Made by a program: the position numbers and the translations under genes. A stretch of 64,000 nt of DNA from a bacterium (lineage in GTDB: Bacteria; Patescibacteriota; Patescibacteriia; JACQRZ01), in the NCBI GenBank assembly GCA_030688365.1, contig JAUYIE010000021.1, positions 9,866 through 73,865 on the forward strand, written 5' to 3'. The first letter of the stretch is position 1; every line of letters starts with the position of its first letter. Under the pieces are notes generated by a model. The model worked only from the letters and a program-made list of their open reading frames with translations, was not told the origin of the DNA and did not search any database. Of the stretch, positions 8,615 through 16,091 are shown piece by piece.

Positions 8615-8689
8615 TTACTTGCAGTTACTTGGTTTCTTGCAAGTTTTTCCTGGCTTTATCACTGGTAGTGATATAACAATTATTTCCAT
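8615..8689 (-). CDS. 24-aa small peptide, MEIIVISLPVIKPGKTCKKPSNCK. It is a candidate precursor or substrate peptide of the adjacent rSAM/SPASM enzyme.
   Basis: Hand translation of the minus strand. The Shine-Dalgarno AAAGGAGGTG ends 6 nt before the ATG (8687-8689). The ORF begins 12 nt after the rSAM stop codon (8702-8704) and an intrinsic terminator follows. It is under 60 aa and so is absent from the ORF track. Confidence 0.5.
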   Translation of the reverse strand: MEIIVISLPVIKPGKTCKKPSNCK

Positions 8690-8701
8690 TTTGCACCTCC
8701 T

Positions 8702-10123
8702 TTATATAGATTGAGGAAGCGTTACCTCGATAGACGCCTCCAATAATTGATCTTTTAATATTTCTTTAGTTATATCACGATAAAAATTGCACATTCGTTC
8801 AATTTTTGTCGTACCGGTAGCTTTTGCAAATTCATGAGTTATTTTGCAGCCTCCACCACAGTGACCTTCAATCATGCATCCCTTGCACATTTCCATAACT
8901 CCAGTGAGATGATCCTCAACCAACTTATAATATGGACTTCCGAACGAATAAAAAGACTGTATTGTAGCAATGTCTCCAATCTGATCCACACTATAGCCAC
9001 AGCTATAGATTTTCCCCGATGGAGCAACGCATATACTATTACCCTCGATCGCACCACAGAATGTCACACGTTTATCAAGCGGAGAGTCACTTAAGTTTTC
9101 TGCAGGACGAGACCAAAATCCAGGAACATCGACCCCTAATCGTTTTCCATATCTACGCATGTTCATTAATTTGGAAATGATCTCATATATAGGAATACTT
9201 ACCATACCTATGACATCTATGTCAATTCTTACATTGGTCATGCCGTGTGTAACTGCCCAATCAATTAGAGACTCATTCAGTTCATGAAAATTGTTTTCCG
9301 TAATCGTTACCGCAATGCCATTGAGTGGATATCCTACTCTTTTTAGGGTTTGAAACCCATCAGTGATCTCACCGTAGGTACCACGCCCTGACTTTGTCAT
9401 TCTGACGCTATCGTTCCCTTTTTGTAACCCATCAAGACTTGACGCAATATCAACATTATATTGCTTCAGGGTTTCGGCAATTTCTTTTGTCATCAGAGAT
9501 GCATTTGTATTTATGGAGAAGTGTATATCAAATGTGCCACTATACGCTTCATCGCAGTATTCAATAATTTGTTTTATTACCTGCCAGTTGAGAAGTGGTT
9601 CACCTCCTCCAAAGTTGATTTCCGCAACATGTTTGTTGTGTATTTTAAGGATATCTAAGTATTTATCCACAGTCTTTTTTGCCAAATGGAATGACATGAA
9701 TTTTTTAGGACTGTTGATTCGATCAGAGATTTCCAGGTTGTTGAAATGTATACAGTAGGTGCAACGAAAGTTGCAGGATTCGCACATAATCAGCTCAAGA
9801 TATTCTACCAGGGATCCATTAGTAATATCTATTTTTCTGCGTTGCATCGTTTCTACAAGTAGTTTTCTCTCATCAAGTGTTTTTGGTTTGAGAAAATAAC
9901 AACGAACCAATTCGTCAATTGCCTCCTGTCCCGCGTTTGTTTCATGTGTGTCATACCACGAAAGAAGTGTTTTTGGTTCCAAAAAATAGTTGAGAAATTC
10001 TAATGTTGCAGAGGAAACAATTTTTGGATATCCAAATAAAGAATGCCAAATTACGAAAACACCATCGTTCTCAATCTGTTGAATGAATGCCGATCTAACT
10101 AATACATTATCGTTGTCTACCAT
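8702..10123 (-). CDS. Radical SAM / SPASM-domain enzyme (peptide-modifying maturase-like, anSME family). It has a ~125-aa N-terminal extension that may be an RRE-like domain.
   Basis: 'CNFRCTYC' (CxxxCxxC) lies at about residue 126. The C-terminal SPASM is 'CGAIEGNSICV...GKIYSC' plus 'CKGCMIEGHCGGGC' (exact Cx2Cx5Cx3C), with a later Cys in 'ERMCNF'. The Shine-Dalgarno AAGGAAAAAA lies upstream of the ATG. Confidence 0.85.
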   Translation of the reverse strand: MVDNDNVLVRSAFIQQIENDGVFVIWHSLFGYPKIVSSATLEFLNYFLEPKTLLSWYDTHETNAGQEAIDELVRCYFLKPKTLDERKLLVETMQRRKIDITNGSLVEYLELIMCESCNFRCTYCIHFNNLEISDRINSPKKFMSFHLAKKTVDKYLDILKIHNKHVAEINFGGGEPLLNWQVIKQIIEYCDEAYSGTFDIHFSINTNASLMTKEIAETLKQYNVDIASSLDGLQKGNDSVRMTKSGRGTYGEITDGFQTLKRVGYPLNGIAVTITENNFHELNESLIDWAVTHGMTNVRIDIDVIGMVSIPIYEIISKLMNMRRYGKRLGVDVPGFWSRPAENLSDSPLDKRVTFCGAIEGNSICVAPSGKIYSCGYSVDQIGDIATIQSFYSFGSPYYKLVEDHLTGVMEMCKGCMIEGHCGGGCKITHEFAKATGTTKIERMCNFYRDITKEILKDQLLEASIEVTLPQSI

Positions 10124-10176
10124 TGTATTTTTTCCTTTCTTTGTTTTTTGTCAATGTCCGATAAGTTGGTATTTAC

Positions 10177-10194
10177 CATATTCTTTGGTATATT
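10177..10194. promoter_or_regulatory. Perfect palindrome CCGTGTA-aata-TACACGG upstream of the rSAM gene. It is a candidate operator.
   Basis: 7-bp inverted repeat with a 4-nt spacer. It sits just upstream of a TTGCAA-17-TAAATA minus-strand promoter-like site. Confidence 0.4.
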
Positions 10195-10404
10195 GCAACC
10201 CGTGTAAATATACACGGTCTGTTGGATACAATTGTAATCGAGGCATAAAAATATAAATATACTGTCTAGTTTGTGGTAGTCAAAAATAGGTCAGGCTTGA
10301 TAATATAATATTATCTCCATATTTTTGGGCGAAAAAAGATGTAAAGTGTGTGGATAACAAATGACCTAATAAGGCGTTTTTCGGTGAAAAACCTTTGTTT
10401 TACA

Positions 10405-10480
10405 AAAATTGACATGGCATTGACAAACCCATGTTCTTGTGATACGAGAAGGTGTAGGATTATATATAAGGTATATAAAG
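10405..10480 (+). promoter_or_regulatory. AT-rich promoter-like region for the methyltransferase gene
   Basis: Two TTGACA hexamers (10409-10414 and 10420-10425) and TATATA/TATAAA boxes (10461-10479). The exact -35/-10 pairing is ambiguous. Confidence 0.3.
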
Positions 10481-10518
10481 GGTTAGACCTTTTAAAATTA
10501 AAAAAGGAGCATTGGCTA

Positions 10519-11646
10519 ATGTCAAATTTAGAAAAAAAATTAGATACAAAACAAAACATCGAAAGCACTGCACGGATAAATTCCATTGCATTGTATGTGC
10601 CTGAAAAAAGCACAAGCGAATTATTGGATGGCGTAGAAGTTACTGTATATGGTAAAAATGGATTTGAGTATAAAAATCCACTATTCTGGTTCGTTTATGA
10701 CCGCATCGTAGGAAAATGTCTTGAAAATGTGGTTGAACGCAAAACAAGGAACATTCTTGGTAAATATCTCAGTGCTGATGAAAAGAAGACATTAGTTCAC
10801 TTGGATACTAGAACTACAACATTGGGACCATATCGTAGAAATTTTGGATTGAAGCAAGACTGGGCAGAGATATTTTTGCTCGAAACTACTTTGTTTAATA
10901 GAGGTTCACCGGTTATGAAACACCTCTGTGAGAATGTGGCGAATGCGCCCGGTCTTGATGATGTGTATAATAACAATGGTGGTTTTGCATGGAATGGACT
11001 TAAAATATTTCCATTGTCCGGCGAGCCAGACCTATTGTCAAATATATACATGGACAAGCCTGAGGCGCAGGGTACCAGAAATCGTTATTACATGCTTTTA
11101 AGATTATATGACCAGTTTGGGGGTGGTAAAACACTATCAATCGCTTGCGGGTCTGCACAGCCATTAATTCATGCTGTGAATAGATTTGTAAGTGAAAAAC
11201 ACTATAATTTAGATAACACAACATTAGTTTTGACTGACCAAGATGCTCGTAGTTTAGATTTGGCTAGATTAAGGGCCAAACAGGCAAATATTGAAGATAG
11301 GGTTCAATTCGTCCAATCTTCGTATCTGGAACTAGGCGATGCATTAGGAAATGAAAAATTTGATATTGTTGAGGCATGTGGTATAGCCGACTATCTGCCG
11401 GACAAATATTTCAAATCTTTAGTGGAAAAGGCAATGAGTTATTTGAACGTTGGTGGAAAGTTACTCATTTCTAATATGATGCCCGGGGTGTGGTCTTCTT
11501 TTATCAGAAGAACTTACAACTGGGAGATGATTTATAGAACAACACATCAGGTTGCAGAATTATTGAAAGAATCCGGGCAGAAAGATATACGCATTTATGT
11601 TGAACCGTGGAAGGTTCACATGATTGCGGTCGTTACAAAACATTAA
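10519..11646 (+). CDS. Class I SAM-dependent methyltransferase, O-methyltransferase-like
   Basis: Motif I-like 'LSIACGSAQPLIHAV', 'LVLTDQDARSLDLARL', 'FDIVEACGIADYLPD' and 'LNVGGKLLISNM'. The start is chosen at the ATG preceded by AAAAAGGAG. The ORF track extends it to 10348. Confidence 0.65.
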   Translation: MSNLEKKLDTKQNIESTARINSIALYVPEKSTSELLDGVEVTVYGKNGFEYKNPLFWFVYDRIVGKCLENVVERKTRNILGKYLSADEKKTLVHLDTRTTTLGPYRRNFGLKQDWAEIFLLETTLFNRGSPVMKHLCENVANAPGLDDVYNNNGGFAWNGLKIFPLSGEPDLLSNIYMDKPEAQGTRNRYYMLLRLYDQFGGGKTLSIACGSAQPLIHAVNRFVSEKHYNLDNTTLVLTDQDARSLDLARLRAKQANIEDRVQFVQSSYLELGDALGNEKFDIVEACGIADYLPDKYFKSLVEKAMSYLNVGGKLLISNMMPGVWSSFIRRTYNWEMIYRTTHQVAELLKESGQKDIRIYVEPWKVHMIAVVTKH

Positions 11647-11721
11647 TAGGAATCATACAAAATCATGGAGACAGAGATAAAAAATCTGTCTTTTTATTTT
11701 TGTAGATGATAATATGTATAC

Positions 11722-13884
11722 ATGACATACTATTCCATTACCTCACTAATAAATTTTCTAGTCAGTTTTGGACTCGGTTTTTTTATTTTGACAAGGAGAG
11801 AAAAGACTCGATTACACAAATTAGTTGCATTTTTTTGTTTTGCTATATTTTTTTGGAGTTTCTTTTATTTTTTATGGCAAATTACTGAAACAAAAGAATA
11901 TGCACTTTGGTTTACACGTTTATTAATGGTGGGTGCTATTCTTGCCCCCGTTGCATATTGTAAGGTTGTTCTTGCATTTCTGGATTTAGAACAAGTACAT
12001 GCACGTTTGGTGAGAGTGTCATATATTTTAACTGGATTTTTTCTCATTTTACTACCAACAAAATTAATGGTACTTAAAATAGAGGCCGTACCAGGGTTTG
12101 AATTTTGGCCAAAACCAGGCTTATTTTTTATTCCTTTTTTAGTATTTTTTTTCTCATTAACATTTTTTAGTATTTATTTGACAGCCAAATCAGTATTGAA
12201 CGAAAAATCATCATACAAAAGTCGCCAAGCTAGATTAATGTTACTAGGAATAGCATTGACATTTATTGGGGGATCCACAAATTATTTTCTTTGGTTTGAT
12301 ATTAACATACCACCTTATGGTAACATTTTGGCTTGTAGTTATGTTATATTGACAACATATGCAATTTTGCGCCATCAGCTTATGGATATCAAGGTTGTTT
12401 TACGTAAGTATTCTGTATATTTCGTTTCCCTTTTTTCCGTCATCGCGCTTGCGGGATTGTTTCAATATGGATATAAAACGATCTTGGGTATCAGCAATTT
12501 TTATATCGATATCATCATCACCGGTCTTGCGGTGAGCATCTTTCCGGTGTTACGGTCGTATTATTATCGTTTTGCCAATACCTATCTTTTCACTTCGCTG
12601 TATGACACGAAGCAGGTTATTTCCAAACTAAGCGAAAAACTTCGCTCTACGCTGGAGACCGAGGAAATCTATCGCACGCTTTCCGACACTATCCAAAACG
12701 CGCTTCATATACGCAGTATTGGTCTTTTGACATACGACCATGACAAAGAAGAATACAGCATAGCCCAATGTGAAAGAGAAGAGACATGCAATCCGGTGGT
12801 GCAAAAATTAAATAAAAAATTTGTGGATTATTTGGTGACGCATGATCGGCCGATCCTCACTGCTGAAATAGATGATCGGTTTGCGGTGTTGAAGCGATTA
12901 TTGGCGCCCAGTACCGAAGTTCTTGTTCCTCTCAACCTCAAAGGCAAGCACATCGGGCTCATGCTGATAGGCCAAAAAGAGGCGAGTGATTCGTTTGATG
13001 ATGAAGATGTGAGTCTTCTTAAGATTGTGGGGTCGCAGACCGCTATTGCGCTGGAAAACGCGTTGTTGTATGGAGAAGCGCAACATTTCAATGAAGTGCT
13101 TAAGCAAAGGATCGCGCGTGCGACAAAGCAGTTGCGTTCGCAGAATGAAAAACTCAAAGAGCTGGACGAGATGAAAACCGAGTTCATCTCCATCGCATCG
13201 CACCAGCTTCGTACGCCGTTGACCGCGACAAAGTGGGCGTTGGATTTTTTGCTCAAGGGCGCGGATGGCAAGATAAATCCAAAACAGCGCGAGTCGCTGT
13301 CGGAACTTTCGGTCATGAATGTCCGCCTTATCACCTTGGTCAATGAGCTTCTCAATATTTCTCGTATTGACGAGGGACGCGTGAAGGTTGAGCCAAAGCC
13401 GACAAGTATCACAAAGGTGGTCAAAGAGATTTTGGCGGAGTTCATGCCTATCATTCGCAAAAAAGGTATTATTTTGCAAGAGCATTATGATACGGTGCCA
13501 CTCATCAAGCTGGATGCGGGTGTCATCGGCAAGGCGCTTTCCAATGTGTTGTCAAACGGCATAAAGTACAATACCGACGGCAAACATTTGTGGGTGGAGG
13601 TAGCCAAACACAAAGACGACGTCGCGATCATCGTGAAAGATGAAGGGATCGGCATCCCAACCAAAGAGCAGGATCATCTGTTCCAGAAGTTTTATCGCGC
13701 GTCAAACGCCATGACGTCAAACACGGAAGGGACGGGCTTTGGGCTGTATATCGCCAAATCCGCCATCGAGCTGTCAGGCGGAAGCATTTCTTTTGAATCA
13801 AAAGAGGGGGTGGGTACGACATTTACTGTCTTCGTGCCTCTCAAAGGCTCCCGCGCACGCAAAGGGGAGAAGAGTTTGGCATGA
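11722..13884 (+). CDS. Sensor histidine kinase with an N-terminal multi-TM domain, a GAF-like domain, HisKA and HATPase_c
   Basis: About 7 N-terminal TM helices. H-box 'FISIASHQLRTPLTA'. N/G boxes 'SNGIKYN' and 'GTGFGLYIAKS'. Confidence 0.85.
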   Translation: MTYYSITSLINFLVSFGLGFFILTRREKTRLHKLVAFFCFAIFFWSFFYFLWQITETKEYALWFTRLLMVGAILAPVAYCKVVLAFLDLEQVHARLVRVSYILTGFFLILLPTKLMVLKIEAVPGFEFWPKPGLFFIPFLVFFFSLTFFSIYLTAKSVLNEKSSYKSRQARLMLLGIALTFIGGSTNYFLWFDINIPPYGNILACSYVILTTYAILRHQLMDIKVVLRKYSVYFVSLFSVIALAGLFQYGYKTILGISNFYIDIIITGLAVSIFPVLRSYYYRFANTYLFTSLYDTKQVISKLSEKLRSTLETEEIYRTLSDTIQNALHIRSIGLLTYDHDKEEYSIAQCEREETCNPVVQKLNKKFVDYLVTHDRPILTAEIDDRFAVLKRLLAPSTEVLVPLNLKGKHIGLMLIGQKEASDSFDDEDVSLLKIVGSQTAIALENALLYGEAQHFNEVLKQRIARATKQLRSQNEKLKELDEMKTEFISIASHQLRTPLTATKWALDFLLKGADGKINPKQRESLSELSVMNVRLITLVNELLNISRIDEGRVKVEPKPTSITKVVKEILAEFMPIIRKKGIILQEHYDTVPLIKLDAGVIGKALSNVLSNGIKYNTDGKHLWVEVAKHKDDVAIIVKDEGIGIPTKEQDHLFQKFYRASNAMTSNTEGTGFGLYIAKSAIELSGGSISFESKEGVGTTFTVFVPLKGSRARKGEKSLA

Positions 13885-13995
13885 GACATAGATCATTACT
13901 GGTCTAGAAAAAGAGTCAATTATTCACAAAAGCTCTATTTATGGGCTTTTTTAGTACATAACCCTTTAAATATACTGATTTTCCTACCATAACCA

Positions 13996-14024
13996 TTGAC
14001 TTTTTTACTGAAATATAGTATAAT
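13996..14024 (+). promoter_or_regulatory. Sigma70-like promoter TTGACT-17-TATAAT for the 14076 gene
   Basis: TTGACT is at 13996-14001, followed by a 17-nt spacer and TATAAT at 14019-14024. Confidence 0.5.
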
Positions 14025-14075
14025 GATGCTCAACGATCTAATTATCACTAAAAGATCAATTTAAGCTTTATTTAT

Positions 14076-15596
14076 ATGTATTTCGCTAGAAATATGAAAC
14101 GGACAATCAGTTTTATGGGAGTTCTCATGCTCGGCGTGATTTTTGTCGGTTTGACGACTTCACAAGCACAAGCGTATGAATATCCATACGGTTATGGGTA
14201 TCAATATCCTGCGCCAAAAACACCTAATGCGGGTAAAATCCTGTTACAGGTGCAAGATAGAGGTCAGGCATGGTATGTAAATCCTGCCGATCAACGACGT
14301 TACTATTTGGGACGCCCGTCTGACGCTTTTGAAGTTATGAAGAAGCTTGGTATCGGTATTACCAATGCAAACCTTCGAAAGTTTCCTGTAGCAGCATTTA
14401 ATTATTATGGTCTTCCTGATACTGATCGAGATGGTTTGTATGACGATTTTGAAAAAGTATATGGCACTGATTGGACCAACCCAGATACCGACTATGATGG
14501 GTATACTGACTTAGCGGAATTGCGTAATGGATACAATCCATTTGGTGCAGGATTTGCCGGTTATGATATGGCTTTTGCCAAAGCAAACAAAGGAAAGATT
14601 TTTCTTCAAGTAGAAAACGGTGGAGCTGCGTGGTACATCAACCCTGCTGATTCAAAAGCGTATTACTTGGGACGACCGGGCGATGCATTTAACGTAATGC
14701 GGTTCTTGGGAGTTGGTGCGACCAACGATACAATCAATCGTATTCCACGAGGTGATCAGTATCAAGCATATCCGGTATGTGGTGCATACGGACAAGCGGC
14801 ATGTTATAATCCGACACAGCCAACGTATTATCCAACACAACCAGCGCCAAGCTATCCATCACAAACATCCAATCGTTATTACGTGCGTTTGTTCAATGTG
14901 GATAACGTCGCATATGCCATCATCAATGGAAACAAGACATATACAGCTTCCTATGGTGCGGACAATTTGATTGACGTGACTGACTATATCCATTCTGGCA
15001 ACAACACCATACAGTTTAAACTGTACAATGATACAGCTGGCTACACATGGGGTTTTCAGATCAAACGCAATGATCAAGTGTTGTTTTCTGAAATCGCCGG
15101 ATTGGTAGGCGTAACGGGTGCAAATGGCAATGATGCCAAACATACCTTTCAAGATGTGTATAACAAGACAGTTATACTCAACGAATCAGGTGTTTCTAGC
15201 ATCAACGGCTTTCAACAACCAGTTCCTGTGGCACCAACACCAAGTCACTGGTACCTTCGCGTATTTAACGCTGATGATCGTGGTTTGGCTGTCATCAACA
15301 ACAAATATAGTTTGAACACCAGTTTTGACCAAGATACCGGTTTTGTAGACATCAGTAATTACTTATTGACTTCCGGTAACAACACGATTGATCTACGATC
15401 ATACAATGATGGTGGGGCATATGCGTGGGGTTTCCAGCTTAAGAAAGATAGTACAATGATTTTTGATGATGTTGCAGGCGACTCCGGTACATACGGTGCA
15501 CACGGTAATGAATATTCACGCGAGTATCAGTATTCTTACAACAAAACATTGACGATTAATACCAACGGTGTAGTGAGTGTCCGTGATAATAGATAA
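14076..15596 (+). CDS. Secreted repeat protein with thrombospondin-type-3-like Ca-binding motifs and two pairs of internally duplicated domains
   Basis: Signal peptide present. 'DTDRDGLYDD...NPDTDYDGYTD' resembles TSP3 repeats. Paired domains: 'GKILLQVQDRGQAWYVNPAD..' with 'GKIFLQVENGGAAWYINPAD..', and 'RYYVRLFNVDN..' with 'HWYLRVFNADD..'. Confidence 0.6.
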   Translation: MYFARNMKRTISFMGVLMLGVIFVGLTTSQAQAYEYPYGYGYQYPAPKTPNAGKILLQVQDRGQAWYVNPADQRRYYLGRPSDAFEVMKKLGIGITNANLRKFPVAAFNYYGLPDTDRDGLYDDFEKVYGTDWTNPDTDYDGYTDLAELRNGYNPFGAGFAGYDMAFAKANKGKIFLQVENGGAAWYINPADSKAYYLGRPGDAFNVMRFLGVGATNDTINRIPRGDQYQAYPVCGAYGQAACYNPTQPTYYPTQPAPSYPSQTSNRYYVRLFNVDNVAYAIINGNKTYTASYGADNLIDVTDYIHSGNNTIQFKLYNDTAGYTWGFQIKRNDQVLFSEIAGLVGVTGANGNDAKHTFQDVYNKTVILNESGVSSINGFQQPVPVAPTPSHWYLRVFNADDRGLAVINNKYSLNTSFDQDTGFVDISNYLLTSGNNTIDLRSYNDGGAYAWGFQLKKDSTMIFDDVAGDSGTYGAHGNEYSREYQYSYNKTLTINTNGVVSVRDNR

Positions 15597-15638
15597 GATT
15601 TCTCTTTTCCAAATCATTCAGGATTTTGGAAGTAAAAA

Positions 15639-15675
15639 GGCCGTCGTCGCTTCAAGCGAAATGACGGCTTTTTTA
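15639..15675 (+). terminator. Intrinsic terminator after the 14076 gene
   Basis: GCCGTC (15640-45) pairs with GACGGC (15663-68), followed by TTTTTT. Confidence 0.55.
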
Positions 15676-15683
15676 ATACACAC

Positions 15684-16091
15684 ATGTCATGGTATACTAT
15701 ATATATGGCTCCATCCAAATATACTATCGCAATCATTGAAGACGAAAAGATGTTATTGAAATATATGGCATCAAGCTTGTCGTCTGCGTCTGATTTTAGA
15801 GTCGTTACGGCGATGGACGGTGAAGAAGGAGAACAGTTGGTGATAAAAGAAAAACCAGATCTTGTTTTTCTTGATCTTATCATGCCAAAGAAAAATGGCT
15901 TTGAGGTGCTGGAATCTCTGACAAAAAGTCCCGAAACAAAAAAAATCCCGATTGTAATTCTTTCCAATTTAGGACAAGAAAAAGATATTGCACAAGCAAA
16001 ACAGCTCGGTGCGCGTGATTATCTCATAAAAGTCAACCTTGAAATCAATGATTTGGTGCGCACCGCTCGTTCATATTTAGATACACCTTGA
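15684..16091 (+). CDS. Stand-alone response regulator receiver (CheY-like) domain
   Basis: 'IAIIEDE', 'LVFLDLIMPKKNGFEVL' and 'IVILSNLGQEKDIAQAKQLGARDYLIK' are present. The stop overlaps the pilB start (ATGA). Confidence 0.8.
   Translation: MSWYTIYMAPSKYTIAIIEDEKMLLKYMASSLSSASDFRVVTAMDGEEGEQLVIKEKPDLVFLDLIMPKKNGFEVLESLTKSPETKKIPIVILSNLGQEKDIAQAKQLGARDYLIKVNLEINDLVRTARSYLDTP

Noticed and set aside
8517-8714. Plus-strand 65-aa ORF overlapping the small-peptide locus and the rSAM stop.
   Set aside because: It has no Shine-Dalgarno site and an implausible composition. It overlaps a minus-strand ORF that has a perfect Shine-Dalgarno site and a terminator, so it is probably a chance frame.
10262-10291. 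A 9-codon minus-strand mini-ORF 'MEIILYYQA' upstream of the rSAM that echoes the MEII start of the 24-aa peptide.
   Set aside because: It is too short, has no Shine-Dalgarno site, and the match is only four AT-rich codons. It is probably coincidence.
10311-10613. Minus-strand 100-aa ORF spanning the rSAM/methyltransferase intergenic region and the methyltransferase start.
   Set aside because: It overlaps the promoter region and the start of the well-supported methyltransferase gene, and no motif or Shine-Dalgarno site supports it.
12828-13485. Minus-strand ORFs of 195-210 aa inside the histidine kinase gene.
   Set aside because: They are antisense to a gene with clear HisKA/HATPase motifs and have no motifs of their own.
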